From Alphaproteobacteria bacterium (GTDB lineage Bacteria; Pseudomonadota; Alphaproteobacteria; RF32; CAG-239): 64,000 nucleotides of DNA. Made by a program: the position numbers and the translations under genes. Within the stretch, counting starts at the first letter, position 1, and every line of letters begins with the position of its first letter. The notes beneath the pieces are model-generated. The model was not told where the DNA came from. It saw nothing but the letters and a program-made list of their open reading frames with translations, and ran no database searches. Positions 1 through 10,826 of the stretch are shown here, one piece after another. The DNA lies in assembly GCA_045644765.1 (NCBI GenBank), contig JAZRHM010000013.1:11780-75779 (forward strand), read 5' to 3'.

Positions 1-157
1 GTTTATCATTACCGCATTTTAAAACAATGTTTGAACCATGGATACCAATTCTGTCTGCTACACCTTTAGCAACAACTTCATAATTTTCACCTTCAACATT
101 AAAAAGTTGATACTTTAATGAAGATGAACCTGAATTTAAAACTAAAATTTTTTTCAT
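1..157 (-). CDS. ackA: acetate kinase, N-terminal part (gene runs off the window start)
   Basis: Minus-strand translation from the ATG at 155-157 gives [52 protein letters not shown], the conserved acetate kinase N-terminus (LVLNxGSSSxKY). It lies 23 nt downstream of pta on the same strand. Confidence 0.85.
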   Translation of the reverse strand, partial: MKKILVLNSGSSSLKYQLFNVEGENYEVVAKGVADRIGIHGSNIVLKCGNDK

Positions 158-180
158 TTATATAAGTTCCTTTTTAAAAA

Positions 181-1185
181 TTATTTGTGATTAGCTTGTA
201 AACATGTAATAGCAATAACACCTGCAATATCTTCAGCAAAAGCACCTCTTGAAAGATCATTAACAGGAGCATTTAAACCTTGTAACACAGGGCCATATGC
301 TTCACAACCGCCTAAGCGTTGTAAAAGCTTATAACCGATATTTCCGGCATCTAAGTTAGGGAATATTAAAACTTTTGCTTTTCCGGCAACATTGCTCTGA
401 GGTGCCTTTTTGGCGGCAACAACAGCATCTAAGGCCGCATCAACTTGCAATTCTCCGTCAATTTCGATATTGGAATTTTTATATTCATCTGATTTAAGAG
501 CTTCTTTAGCTAAAATTGTTGCATTTCTGACTTTATCAACGGATTCTGATTTACCTGATCCGTATGTTGAAAATGAAAGCATAGCAACTTTTGGCTCAAT
601 TCCAAATTGAATAGCGGTTTCTGCCGATGTTAAAGCAATGTCTGCCAGTTCTTTCTCATTCGGATTGATAACAACACCACAATCTGACAACAGATATGGT
701 TCATCACCCGAAACCATAATCAAAAATGATGAAACACCTCTGTCTTTGTGAGCAGATTTTATAATTTGTAAAGCTGGTCTTACCGTATCTGCAGTTGAAT
801 GGTTTGCACCTGACACCATACCATCGGCATCGCCGGCTTTTACCATTAATGTACCAAAGTAGTTATAATTAAGAGCGGTTTTATGAGCTTCTTCTTCGGT
901 CATTCCCTTTTCTTTACGCAAATTATACAAAAGCTTTGCATAATCTTCCAATTTGTCGGAAGTTTCCGGCTTTAACACCGTAATATCCTCCATACTCCAA
1001 TTATTTTCACGATAAAAATCTTTAATTTCATTTTCATCGCCTAAAATAATTATTTTAGCAGCTTTAGCTTGTGTAACAATATGAGCTGCCGTTAAAACTC
1101 TTTTATCTTCTCCTTCGGGTAAAACAATGGTTTTTACATTTTTTGATGCTTGGTCCATTATACCTGTTAAATATTTTGTAAGCAT
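181..1185 (-). CDS. pta: phosphate acetyltransferase (phosphotransacetylase)
   Basis: 334-aa ORF with the typical Pta/PTA_PTB fold sequence (…GANHSTADTVRPALQIIK…SGDEPYLLSDCGVVINP…FPNLDAGNIGYKLLQRL). Immediately upstream of ackA. Confidence 0.9.
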   Translation of the reverse strand: MLTKYLTGIMDQASKNVKTIVLPEGEDKRVLTAAHIVTQAKAAKIIILGDENEIKDFYRENNWSMEDITVLKPETSDKLEDYAKLLYNLRKEKGMTEEEAHKTALNYNYFGTLMVKAGDADGMVSGANHSTADTVRPALQIIKSAHKDRGVSSFLIMVSGDEPYLLSDCGVVINPNEKELADIALTSAETAIQFGIEPKVAMLSFSTYGSGKSESVDKVRNATILAKEALKSDEYKNSNIEIDGELQVDAALDAVVAAKKAPQSNVAGKAKVLIFPNLDAGNIGYKLLQRLGGCEAYGPVLQGLNAPVNDLSRGAFAEDIAGVIAITCLQANHK

Positions 1186-1310
1186 TAGTTATTTCCTCGT
1201 ATTTCAAGTTTCAAATTTTATGATAATCAAAATTAAGCACTATCTTGCACAAATGTCTATAAAAAGTTTTGATTTTTGCAAGATTTTATAATAATATGCA
1301 TATTATGTAA

Positions 1311-2366
1311 TTGTATAACATGTTAAAAGGTTTATTTTATATGCGTTTTTTTTATGTTTTTTTATCAATAATGATAATTTCTTTTAGTGTATCTGCAAAA
1401 GTAAGTTTTGAAGCAGGTGTAAATACTGAAGCGACAAATCAAAACTCCGGTTTAGCAAAACAAATAGCCATGAACAATGCTTATAGAGAAGCTTTTTTAA
1501 AGGTAAGTTCCAGATTAACAACAGCAAAAAACGTAAAAACATTAGATACATTAACTGATGAACAGTTATCCCATTTTATCCGTGAAGTTGAAGTGGTTGC
1601 CGAAAAAATGACCTCAAACTCATACAGAGCAGACCTCAATATAAAAATAAATGAAAATTTATTGAAACAATATTTATCTGAAAATAATATGTTACAAACT
1701 TCTTCAACTTCAAATGTTCTGATTATTCCTATATATGGAGATACCGATTATAAAGATAAAGTTTTGTTTGAAGATGGTAATATTTGGCGCTTAGCTTGGA
1801 TAGAAAAAGGCAATATCAGCTCTGATAATATAGATTTTTATACAATATCCGATATAGAAAAGAACAAAGAATTAATTAATAGTCAAAATATTGATTCTAT
1901 TGATAATGACACCTATGATAAACTACGTTTTGCAAATGGAACCGAAGATATTTTTGTTATTAATGCTATAAGAGCCGGTTCTAATATGTTAGTTATAAAT
2001 ATAAAAGCTTTTCCCAAAAACTATCATAAAAGTTTTATAGTTAACGGAGTTGATGCCTTTGATAAAGCTATAGAACAATCTATCGCTAATATTACAAACT
2101 TTATGCAAAATAAGTCTGAAAATAACAATAATCAAATTGGGCAACTTGATATAGTTTTTGAAACGAAATTATCAAATTGGCTTGAAATAGAAAAAAAATT
2201 AAACAATATACATCAAATTAAAAAAGTATTTCTTAAATCATTCAGTATGGGAAAAGCTATCTTTAATATAGAGTTTTCGTCTGATGTTGATAATCTTATT
2301 GAAGATATGGCTCGTCAGGGAATGTATCTTCAAATGACTGATGGAATTTATAAACTAACAATCTAA
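1311..2366 (+). CDS. hypothetical secreted protein, with a signal-peptide-like N-terminus; the alternative start at M11 (1341) gives MRFFYVFLSIMIISFSVSA
   Basis: 351-aa ORF with a hydrophobic leader followed by an A-K cleavage-like site. Asn/Ile-rich. No recognisable catalytic motif. A 10-nt gap to the downstream AI-2E transporter suggests co-transcription. Confidence 0.55.
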   Translation: MYNMLKGLFYMRFFYVFLSIMIISFSVSAKVSFEAGVNTEATNQNSGLAKQIAMNNAYREAFLKVSSRLTTAKNVKTLDTLTDEQLSHFIREVEVVAEKMTSNSYRADLNIKINENLLKQYLSENNMLQTSSTSNVLIIPIYGDTDYKDKVLFEDGNIWRLAWIEKGNISSDNIDFYTISDIEKNKELINSQNIDSIDNDTYDKLRFANGTEDIFVINAIRAGSNMLVINIKAFPKNYHKSFIVNGVDAFDKAIEQSIANITNFMQNKSENNNNQIGQLDIVFETKLSNWLEIEKKLNNIHQIKKVFLKSFSMGKAIFNIEFSSDVDNLIEDMARQGMYLQMTDGIYKLTI

Positions 2367-2376
2367 GGGCCGTAAA

Positions 2377-3510
2377 ATGTATAAAGTTTTGGAACATAAA
2401 GAAAATAAAAAAAGAAACAATACAACAAAGCATTTGAACAGAGCATCAATTAAAAAATCAAAATACAACAATAGTTTCGTATGGTTGATAATTTTTATTT
2501 TATTTTGTATTGCCGTTTATGTTTTACGCTCTGTTTTACTCCCCTTTATTGCCGGTATTATCTTAGGATATTTGTTTGATCCTCTTGCAACCAAGTTTGA
2601 AAAACTCGGCATATCAAGAACTTTCGCTACTATTTTAGTTTTCATTGTGGTTATTTTGTTTGCTGTTCCTACCTTTATTATGGTTTTCAGTATTATTGAT
2701 AAGCAACTAACTATCTTTGTTGAGGCTGCTCCTACTTATATTGCAACATTTATCAAACGTGTGGAACCTGTCATGATAGATTTGCACAACTCCTTCCCAT
2801 CTTTGGAAGTTAACAGCTTACCGGAAATGATAAAAAACAATCTGACGAACGGAATGCAAATTGGTGGAAAATTACTTAAAAGTATTATAAATAATGGTTT
2901 TGCACTTATGAATTTGCTTTCATTATTGCTGATTACTCCTGTTGTGGCTTTTTATATGTTAAGAGACTGGAGTACTTTTGTAAAAAAAATTGATAATTTA
3001 TTGCCTCGAAAATCTAAACCTGCAATTAAGGAACAATTTCAACAAATAGATAGAGCTTTATCAGGATTTATCAGAGGACAATTAAGCGTGTGCCTGATTC
3101 TAGGCTCTTACTACGCTTTAGGTCTTCATTTTATAGGTCTGGAGTTAGGCTTATTGATAGGATTTTTAGCCGGTATTATATCGTTCATTCCATATATCGG
3201 AAGTATATCCGGATTTTTAATCAGTATTATATTAGCTTCTGCCCAATTTGGTACAGTAACAAAAATAATTGAAGTTGTAGCCATTTTCTTAATCGGACAA
3301 TTTATTGAAGGAAATTTCTTAACGCCTAAACTTGTCGGAGATAAAGTAGGTTTACATCCTGTTTGGGTGATGTTTGCATTATTGGCCGGAGGTGTCCTGT
3401 TAGGTTTCTTAGGGCTTATGATTGCCGTTCCTGTTGCAGCAATCATAGGTGTTATAATCAGATACGCCATAAGCAACTATAAAAAAAGCAACTTATATTT
3501 AGAAAACTAG
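2377..3510 (+). CDS. AI-2E family transporter (PerM/YdiK-like, UPF0118)
   Basis: 377-aa polytopic membrane protein. Its N-terminus is lysine-rich and cytoplasmic. The sequence has 7-8 hydrophobic helices and the family-typical C-terminal region …GDKVGLHPVWVMFALLAGGVLLGFLGLMIAVPVAAII. Confidence 0.8.
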   Translation: MYKVLEHKENKKRNNTTKHLNRASIKKSKYNNSFVWLIIFILFCIAVYVLRSVLLPFIAGIILGYLFDPLATKFEKLGISRTFATILVFIVVILFAVPTFIMVFSIIDKQLTIFVEAAPTYIATFIKRVEPVMIDLHNSFPSLEVNSLPEMIKNNLTNGMQIGGKLLKSIINNGFALMNLLSLLLITPVVAFYMLRDWSTFVKKIDNLLPRKSKPAIKEQFQQIDRALSGFIRGQLSVCLILGSYYALGLHFIGLELGLLIGFLAGIISFIPYIGSISGFLISIILASAQFGTVTKIIEVVAIFLIGQFIEGNFLTPKLVGDKVGLHPVWVMFALLAGGVLLGFLGLMIAVPVAAIIGVIIRYAISNYKKSNLYLEN

Positions 3511-3524
3511 CACATATCAAAATA

Positions 3525-4247
3525 TTAATAAAAGTTTTTGGTTTCTTTTATGCGTTTACTTGGACGTAAATCTACCAACTTACCGTCTTTTAATTGTAAC
3601 TGTCTATCCATTTTACCGGCTAATTCCATATTGTGTGTTGCAATCAACGCTGATAAACCTGTTTCTTTTACAATGTCTAACAATGCAATAAAAACATTAT
3701 CTGATGTATTAGGATCCAAATTTCCTGTCGGCTCATCTGCAAGTAACAATTTTGGTGTATTGGCAAGAGCTCTGGCTATTGCTACACGTTGTTGTTCACC
3801 ACCGGACATTTCAGCCGGACGATGCAACAACCTTTCTTTTAAACCAAGCCTGGATAATAACCATTCTGATTTATCTTTTGCCATACTATGTTTTACTCCG
3901 GCAATAAGCTGAGGTATCATCACGTTTTCTAAAGCATTAAAATCTGATAACAGATTGTGATACTGATAAACAAACCCCATATAATCTCTTCTTAACGATG
4001 TCCTTAAAGTATCTCCGGCTTTTGCATAGCTCTGACCATCAATTAAAATATCGCCGCTTGTTGGCTTATCTAACAAACCTGCAATTTGTAATAACGTAGA
4101 TTTACCCGAACCGGAAGGTCCAATCAATGCCACAACTTCCTTAGGTGCAATTTTCAAATCAAGTTCTTTTAAAACTTCCAGTTTTTGTTCGCCCTGATAA
4201 TAGTGTTTAGAAATTTGCCTTAATTCTAAAGTAGATATCTTATTCAT
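3525..4247 (-). CDS. lolD: lipoprotein-releasing ABC transporter ATP-binding protein
   Basis: Walker A GPSGSGKST, ABC signature LSGGEQQRVAIARAL, Walker B LLLADEPTG. The start MNKISTLELRQISKHY at 4247 is preferred over the upstream in-frame ATG at 4271, which overlaps lolC. Confidence 0.85.
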   Translation of the reverse strand: MNKISTLELRQISKHYYQGEQKLEVLKELDLKIAPKEVVALIGPSGSGKSTLLQIAGLLDKPTSGDILIDGQSYAKAGDTLRTSLRRDYMGFVYQYHNLLSDFNALENVMIPQLIAGVKHSMAKDKSEWLLSRLGLKERLLHRPAEMSGGEQQRVAIARALANTPKLLLADEPTGNLDPNTSDNVFIALLDIVKETGLSALIATHNMELAGKMDRQLQLKDGKLVDLRPSKRIKETKNFY

Positions 4248-5487
4248 AACGTAAAGCCTCCACCGGATCATATTTTGCTGCTCTGTATGCCGGATATAAT
4301 GTCGCTAAAAATGAAAGCATCAACGATACTCCGGCAACAATTGCCACTTCATTAAAATCTATCTTAGCAGGCAACTTTGATAAAAAGTATATTTCTGCCG
4401 AAAACAACTCACGTCCTGACAATCCTTCCAAAAATTGGCGAATGCTTTCAATGTTTTCACAAAACAACACGCCTAAAGCCAAACCTATCAAAGTGCCGAT
4501 AACACCAATAAAAGCACCATCAATAAAAAATATACGCATAATCATACCTTTTGTAGCACCCATAGTACGTAGAACAGCAATATCCCGACCTTTGTCTTTT
4601 ACTAACATAATCAGACCCGTAATTATATTAAATGCCGCAACAATGATAATAAGTGTTAATATCAAAAACATCACATTACGTTCAACATCAATTGCATTAA
4701 AAAATGCCGAATTAGTTTGCTTATAATCATAAACATAAGCATCTATGCCTACTCCTTGTTCAATAAGAGCTTTAACCGATGTTAACTCTGTTTCATTATC
4801 TAAAGTAACATCAATTTGTTCTGCAGATTCTGGCATACTAAAATATTTTTGAGCAGCTTCCATCGGCATAAAAATATAATTTGCATCATATTCATACATA
4901 CCAACATCAAACGTTCCTAAAACCTGATAAGATTTCATTCTTGGCATTGTGCCAAATGCCGTCACTTTTCCGTTAGGAGATATAAGCGTAATTTCATCTC
5001 CGGGTAAAACACCTAATTTATCAGCAAGTCTATTACCTACAACCACCATATTATCACGAAAATTATCTACACTTATTGAAGACATAGCGCTACGCAACAC
5101 CTGTTTTTTTAACAAATCTTCTTTATGGATACCCCTAACCATTGCTCCAACGGAACCACTCCTTGAAGATAGTAAAATTTGATTTTCAATCATAGGAATG
5201 GCAACTTTAACTCCACCGATTTTTTCAATATCTTCAACTGCATTTTTATAATCTGTAAAAGGAAATCCTGGAGTTGAAGCAATCATAATATGACCATTAA
5301 TTCCCAAAATTCTTGACAATAATTCACTTTTAAATCCGTTCATTACGGACATAACTATTATAAGCGTTGCGACACCTAATGCGATACCCGTAAAAGCAAA
5401 ACCGGTTATAACAGAAATAAATCCCTCTTTACGTTTGGCCCTTAAATATCGTCCGGCAACCATTCTTTCAAATTTTGAAAATATCAT
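4240..5487 (-). CDS. lolC: lipoprotein-releasing system transmembrane permease (LolC/LolE family)
   Basis: 415-aa ORF with the MacB/FtsX-like topology: an N-terminal TM helix, a large periplasmic domain and three C-terminal TM helices. Sits directly upstream of lolD. Confidence 0.85.
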   Translation of the reverse strand: MIFSKFERMVAGRYLRAKRKEGFISVITGFAFTGIALGVATLIIVMSVMNGFKSELLSRILGINGHIMIASTPGFPFTDYKNAVEDIEKIGGVKVAIPMIENQILLSSRSGSVGAMVRGIHKEDLLKKQVLRSAMSSISVDNFRDNMVVVGNRLADKLGVLPGDEITLISPNGKVTAFGTMPRMKSYQVLGTFDVGMYEYDANYIFMPMEAAQKYFSMPESAEQIDVTLDNETELTSVKALIEQGVGIDAYVYDYKQTNSAFFNAIDVERNVMFLILTLIIIVAAFNIITGLIMLVKDKGRDIAVLRTMGATKGMIMRIFFIDGAFIGVIGTLIGLALGVLFCENIESIRQFLEGLSGRELFSAEIYFLSKLPAKIDFNEVAIVAGVSLMLSFLATLYPAYRAAKYDPVEALRYE

Positions 5488-5506
5488 ATCTTCTCCTTAG
5501 CACACA

Positions 5507-6646
5507 CTATTTGAACAGATCTTTTATCTTATCCAAAAATGTTTTTATCTCCGGTTGGCAACTGTCATCACCTGTTATATCTCTAAACTCTTCCAATAAT
5601 TCTCTTTGACGAGATGTTAAATTTGTTGGAGTAACAACTTTTAATATAACAAACAAATCTCCCCGTTTATCTGAATTAAGTATACTCATGCCTTCATTTT
5701 TAATTCTTAACTTATCTCCCGTTTGAGCTCCTGCAGATATTTTTATTTCAACCTTTTGGCCATCAATTCCGGGAATTTCAACCTTTCCTCCTAATGTTGC
5801 ACAGACCATCGATACAGGAACGGATGTGTATAAATTTTTATCATCTCTTTCATAAAGTTTATGCTCTTTAATATTGATAAATATATATAAATCGCCTTTA
5901 GGTCCTCCGTTTTTACCGGCTTGTCCGGCACCGGTTATACGCATACGTGTATTATCTTCAACACCGGCAGGAACCTTAACTTTCAAAGATTTTTCTACTC
6001 TTACAACCCCTTCACCATGGCATTCTCGACATTTATCTTTTACAACTTTTCCCTCACCTCTACATCTTGGGCACACTGTTTCAAATACAAAAAAGCCACC
6101 CTGCTGAGTACGAACTTTACCACTTCCATGACACATATCACAAACAGGAGCTTCTTTACCATCTGCGGTACCATGTCCGGAACATTTTTCGCAAGTTTGG
6201 GTTGTACGAACGGTTATTTCTTTTTCAACGCCGGTAAAGGCTTCTTCTAATGATATTTCTAATGCATAGCTCAAATCTTCTCCGCGTTTAGGTCCGTTTT
6301 TACGGGCAGAACGCATACCACCGCCCATAAAATCATTAAACACATTAGAAAATAAATCTGATAAATCTTCTGCATTAAAACCAAAACCGCCACCAAACGG
6401 ATTTCCACCGCCCATACCGCCTTGGAACGCTTGATGTCCATATCTGTCATATGCGGCACGTTTTTGATCATCTTTTAAAACTTCATAAGCCTCGTTTATC
6501 TCTTTAAAACGTTGTTCAGCTTTTTTATCATCAGGATTTCTATCCGGATGATATTTCATTGCCAACTTTCTGAACGAACGCTTAATCTCATCTGCGTTCG
6601 CATTTTTATCCACTTCCAAAAGCTCGTAATAATCTTTCTCACTCAT
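5507..6646 (-). CDS. dnaJ: molecular chaperone DnaJ
   Basis: J-domain with HPD (AMKYHPDRNPDD), a G/F-rich linker, four CxxCxGxG zinc-finger repeats (CEKCSGHG, CDMCHGSG, CPRCRGEG, CRECHGEG) and a C-terminal substrate-binding domain. Confidence 0.95.
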   Translation of the reverse strand: MSEKDYYELLEVDKNANADEIKRSFRKLAMKYHPDRNPDDKKAEQRFKEINEAYEVLKDDQKRAAYDRYGHQAFQGGMGGGNPFGGGFGFNAEDLSDLFSNVFNDFMGGGMRSARKNGPKRGEDLSYALEISLEEAFTGVEKEITVRTTQTCEKCSGHGTADGKEAPVCDMCHGSGKVRTQQGGFFVFETVCPRCRGEGKVVKDKCRECHGEGVVRVEKSLKVKVPAGVEDNTRMRITGAGQAGKNGGPKGDLYIFINIKEHKLYERDDKNLYTSVPVSMVCATLGGKVEIPGIDGQKVEIKISAGAQTGDKLRIKNEGMSILNSDKRGDLFVILKVVTPTNLTSRQRELLEEFRDITGDDSCQPEIKTFLDKIKDLFK

Positions 6647-6669
6647 CTTTATATACCCGATTATTGATT

Positions 6670-7557
6670 TTACTGATTTAACAATTTGGGACTAACCCAC
6701 ATTTTACCGTTTCGTAAAAATTCAGGTAATTCTTTCAACGACGAAGCACCTGCTGCTTTTGCATGGCCGCCACCACCAAATTTTTCAGCAATTTTTGACA
6801 CGTCTACATCATCTTTTGCCGTATAAAATGATAAATTCCAACAGTTTTTCTTATTCATAAAGAAATTTATCATAACATCATAATCTTTAATATTATCAAG
6901 AGAATCATAAAACTCTGAATATCCTTGCGGCATATTGGCACAAATACACTTGTATCCTTCAAACTCGCTAACAAAAGCCTCTGCTCTTACAAGTCTGAAA
7001 TTACGATTTCTGATATAAGATAATATGGCTTTACCTTTTTCAACCATTGAATCTATATCCATTGTGTCTTCTATAAGTTCTTTCCATACTTTATCCGTAG
7101 GTCTGTTTACACCTATTGCCTGCATTGCATATTCAAAGGCTCGCACCCTTTTATCTCTTAAATCAAATATATCGTTTAACCCTAAAAGCCTAATTCCTAG
7201 GGGCAACTCTTTGTTGGGATAAAAATATTCCCAAGTTAAAATCATTGCTGCCGTTCCGACACGCCTTATTCCCTTAATTGGTTCCAAACCTTCCGATTTT
7301 AATTTGTTTTCATATTGCTCAATAACTGAAATATGATGATCTATCCACACAAAATCTTTTTCTTGACTTAACTTAAACATAAAATCAACCGGCAATGATA
7401 TATCGCATACCACGATTTTATCGTGTTTTAATATTTCATCATAAGGAATCTCCATATCATGATTTAATCCTAAAAGCTCAATTTCAGGATATATACTTTT
7501 AACAATAGCGGCGGATCCCTTTCCGTCATGATCAGCAATATGATATATACAAAGCAT
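6670..7557 (-). CDS. DHH-family phosphoesterase (NrnA-like nanoRNase/pAp phosphatase family, short form)
   Basis: N-terminal DHH motifs (ADHDGKGSAA…DHH) and a DHHA1-type C-terminal GGGH motif (EKFGGGGHAKAAGAS). Confidence 0.7.
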   Translation of the reverse strand: MLCIYHIADHDGKGSAAIVKSIYPEIELLGLNHDMEIPYDEILKHDKIVVCDISLPVDFMFKLSQEKDFVWIDHHISVIEQYENKLKSEGLEPIKGIRRVGTAAMILTWEYFYPNKELPLGIRLLGLNDIFDLRDKRVRAFEYAMQAIGVNRPTDKVWKELIEDTMDIDSMVEKGKAILSYIRNRNFRLVRAEAFVSEFEGYKCICANMPQGYSEFYDSLDNIKDYDVMINFFMNKKNCWNLSFYTAKDDVDVSKIAEKFGGGGHAKAAGASSLKELPEFLRNGKMWVSPKLLNQ

Positions 7558-7573
7558 CTTTATTTCCTTTTAT

Positions 7574-8356
7574 TTAAAACTCCACTACCATATTATCATA
7601 GGCTGGTAAAACATTTTCAGGTGTTAAGTTATTAACGTTATCGTAATCACATTCTACAGCCATATGATTTATAATTGTTCTATCAGGATTGATTATCCTA
7701 ACATATTCTAACAAATTTTCAAGCCCCATATGATAATGCTTCTTCCACTTAGATTTTATACTTGTAAGTGGCATTACCATTAATTTAGGATTTTTTTCTA
7801 TCAAACGCAAGCTTGTATCTTCAATTTGTAAACAATCAGCAATATATACAAGTTCATTATCATTAAATATGTATCCGTTTGTAGTAACCGGATGACCCGA
7901 TAATTTTATCGGAACAATCTTAACCCCTTTCACATAAAACGGCTTTGTAAATTCAACAACATTAAGTGATAGACTTGCTTTACATGGATTGAACTTATCT
8001 GTTACCAAATAAGGAAACCTATTTTTTATAACCTCTATTGTATCAAAATTAGAATATACTTCTATTGATTGTTTTGATATTCGGTTTAAATCTCTTAAAT
8101 CATCAATTCCGTGCAAATGATCAGCATGCGAATGTGTATACAAAACAGCATCAATATGTCTGATATTATTATCCAACAGTTGCCAATGTATATCCGGTGA
8201 CGTATCTATCAAAAACTTTACACCTTCAATTTCAACATATACACTTGTACGTCTGCGTCTGTTTTTAGGATTATTCGGATTGCAATCACCCCAACCTGAT
8301 GCCAATGACGGCACACCAGGAGCTGAACCACTACCCAATATAATAACTCTATTCAT
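7574..8356 (-). CDS. MBL-fold metallo-hydrolase (PhnP/beta-lactamase-superfamily hydrolase)
   Basis: HxHxDH metal-binding motif YTHSHADHLHGIDDL. Conserved position downstream of tatD, as in many alphaproteobacteria. Confidence 0.8.
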   Translation of the reverse strand: MNRVIILGSGSAPGVPSLASGWGDCNPNNPKNRRRRTSVYVEIEGVKFLIDTSPDIHWQLLDNNIRHIDAVLYTHSHADHLHGIDDLRDLNRISKQSIEVYSNFDTIEVIKNRFPYLVTDKFNPCKASLSLNVVEFTKPFYVKGVKIVPIKLSGHPVTTNGYIFNDNELVYIADCLQIEDTSLRLIEKNPKLMVMPLTSIKSKWKKHYHMGLENLLEYVRIINPDRTIINHMAVECDYDNVNNLTPENVLPAYDNMVVEF

Positions 8357-9134
8357 TTAACAGACCTTTCTTATTTATCTTTGTAAACAAATTAAAAAAG
8401 TTTGATGTTGTTATATCTGATATTATATTAAAATCAACTTCTTTTATCTGTGCTAAACATTTTGCCGTATGTACAACATATGATGGCTCATTTACCTTTC
8501 CTCTTTTAGGAACAGGAGCTAAATATGGCGTATCTGTTTCTATCAACAACCTATCAAGAGGAACTTTAACAAAACTATCTCTAATATCCGAGGCCGAATT
8601 AAAGGTTATAATTCCGGAAGCTGATATATAAAAACCAATATCAAGAGCTGTTTTGGCCAACTCCCAAGATGAAGAAAAGCAATGAATAACACCGCTAAAC
8701 GGCTTCCGCTTATATGAAGATGTCAAAATATCTATCATATCATCATCTGATTGTCTGTTATGAATAATTATCGGTAAATTACTTTCTTGTGCTGCTTTTA
8801 TCATCTCTTGCAAAACTTTTATTTGCACATCTTTGGGGCTAAAATCATAATAATAATCAAGTCCGCACTCCCCAATTGCCACAACTTTATCATACACCAC
8901 ATTTTTTAAAACATCATCAGCCTTAATATTTTCATAATCTTTTGCATCATGAGGGTGAACACCGCTTACGGTATAAATATTTTCAAATCTGTTACATATA
9001 TTCAAGCTTTGTTCCAGTTCATCAAACTTTCCTCCCGCATTGAGCATCAGCTCAACTCCGCTATCTTTAGCACGTTTGACTACTTCCTCCAAATTATCAA
9101 CAGAATTTAAATGACAATGACTATCTATCAACAT
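8349..9134 (-). CDS. tatD: TatD-family metal-dependent deoxyribonuclease
   Basis: Begins MLIDSHCHLN (the TatD signature). 261 aa. Lies in the tmk-holB-tatD arrangement. Confidence 0.9.
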   Translation of the reverse strand: MLIDSHCHLNSVDNLEEVVKRAKDSGVELMLNAGGKFDELEQSLNICNRFENIYTVSGVHPHDAKDYENIKADDVLKNVVYDKVVAIGECGLDYYYDFSPKDVQIKVLQEMIKAAQESNLPIIIHNRQSDDDMIDILTSSYKRKPFSGVIHCFSSSWELAKTALDIGFYISASGIITFNSASDIRDSFVKVPLDRLLIETDTPYLAPVPKRGKVNEPSYVVHTAKCLAQIKEVDFNIISDITTSNFFNLFTKINKKGLLNE

Positions 9135-10178
9135 CTACATTGCCTTACATATTGTATTGATTATATTTATCATAGCTTGTTTTTTATCCATATTCAGATT
9201 TATTGTATCTGCAAAAATAACTCTTACCTTATCCCATGCTTGTCCTAATTCTTCAATATGTTCACCGCCCAACATCATATCTGAAACAAATTTTGTAACC
9301 AATTCTTGCAATAGATCCCAAACATTTTCATCTTTTGATGCCATTGTTGACAATTCGATTGCTTTTACAATATCAAAATCTTTTCCGGCAAAAAATAAAT
9401 TTTCTAACATTTGATAAAGAAGTAATCCGCCGTTATCTGCATAGTTGATTGCTTTTCCGATACTACCGGAACAAATTTGTGATAATTTTTCCACCTCAAT
9501 TTCAGAAAGTTCCGGACGATAACGGCGTAACAGAGATGATACAATATTTGTATCCAAAGCCGACAAATTTATCTTTGCACATCTCGATTTTATTGTTGGT
9601 AAAAGTTTATTAGGGTTATGAGAAATAAGAAGCAAAATGCTTTTTGCCGGCGGTTCTTCCAAAATTTTTAACAAAGCATTGGCTGCACTCAAATTCATAT
9701 CATCGGCGCAATCAATAATTACAACACGCCAATTACCGTCAAAAGATTTTTTGCCTAAAAAATCATTCACAATTCTTATCTCATCAACTTTAATTACAGA
9801 CGATTTTTTTAAGTTTTTCAGATCTTCTTCGTCTAATGCTTCACCTTCTTTTATTGCTTTTATTATTTTTTTCTTATCCGTATCAATAAAATCTCGCTCA
9901 ATAATTTTTAAATCCGGATGCGAATTTGATGCTATCAGTTTAAAAACAGGATGATTTTCAGTTATATTAATTGATGCATATTCATTTGTCTGTTCATTAC
10001 CTACTGCTAATAAAAAGCGAGCTATTTTATAAGCAAATGTTGCTTTTCCGATACCTTTAGGTCCACTTATAAGCCACGAATTGTGTAATGTTCCCTGCTT
10101 AAAAGCATTCAAAAACTTATCAAGAGCATCATCTTGACCTAAAAGATAGGAATTTTGGTGAGGTAAAATATTTTCCAT
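9135..10178 (-). CDS. holB: DNA polymerase III subunit delta'
   Basis: AAA+-like N-terminus with P-loop GPKGIGKATFA. Typical delta-prime length (347 aa) and position immediately after tmk. Confidence 0.85.
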   Translation of the reverse strand: MENILPHQNSYLLGQDDALDKFLNAFKQGTLHNSWLISGPKGIGKATFAYKIARFLLAVGNEQTNEYASINITENHPVFKLIASNSHPDLKIIERDFIDTDKKKIIKAIKEGEALDEEDLKNLKKSSVIKVDEIRIVNDFLGKKSFDGNWRVVIIDCADDMNLSAANALLKILEEPPAKSILLLISHNPNKLLPTIKSRCAKINLSALDTNIVSSLLRRYRPELSEIEVEKLSQICSGSIGKAINYADNGGLLLYQMLENLFFAGKDFDIVKAIELSTMASKDENVWDLLQELVTKFVSDMMLGGEHIEELGQAWDKVRVIFADTINLNMDKKQAMINIINTICKAM

Positions 10179-10181
10179 AAA

Positions 10182-10826
10182 TTACAATCCGAATTTTTGG
10201 GTTACAACTTCTACAATGTCAGAATGCAAATCTTCAATGCTTTTATTTGCATCTAAAACGATACATCTGTCAGGTTCTTCTTTTGCAATCTCTAAATATC
10301 CTCTTCTTAAGTTTTCGTGCCAAATAAGTTCTCTGTTTTCATTTCTTGTTTCTTTATTAAGCATAGTTTCAGCCTTTTTAAACGATCTGGCTAAACCTAT
10401 CTTAGGATCGATATCCAACACTATTGTCAAATCAGGCTTAAAGTTTCCGACAGCAAAAGAATATAATGTATTTATGTCTTCTTTTGATAACCTTTTATCA
10501 TAGGCGTAATATTGATAAGCCATGGTAGAATCTGCAAATCTGTCACTTAACACCCAACTTCCATTTTTCATGGCAGGCCAAACTTTTTTTACCATGTGTA
10601 TGCGTCTGTCTGCAAAAAACAATAAAGCTTCGGCTTCAGCATCTAGTTTGCTCACTTCTCCTTCAATTAAAATACGCCTCAACTCTAACCCTATATCAGT
10701 TCCCCCAGGTTCTTTTGTTAAGATAATGTCTTTACCTTTTAGTTTAAGAAAATCGGATAATAGTTTGATTTGGGTTGATTTTCCTGTCCCTTCTCCACCC
10801 TCAAATGTGATAAATTTACCTAACAT
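10182..10826 (-). CDS. tmk: thymidylate kinase
   Basis: P-loop FEGGEGTGKST, DRF/DR motif (SDRFADSTMAYQ). 214 aa. Confidence 0.9.
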   Translation of the reverse strand: MLGKFITFEGGEGTGKSTQIKLLSDFLKLKGKDIILTKEPGGTDIGLELRRILIEGEVSKLDAEAEALLFFADRRIHMVKKVWPAMKNGSWVLSDRFADSTMAYQYYAYDKRLSKEDINTLYSFAVGNFKPDLTIVLDIDPKIGLARSFKKAETMLNKETRNENRELIWHENLRRGYLEIAKEEPDRCIVLDANKSIEDLHSDIVEVVTQKFGL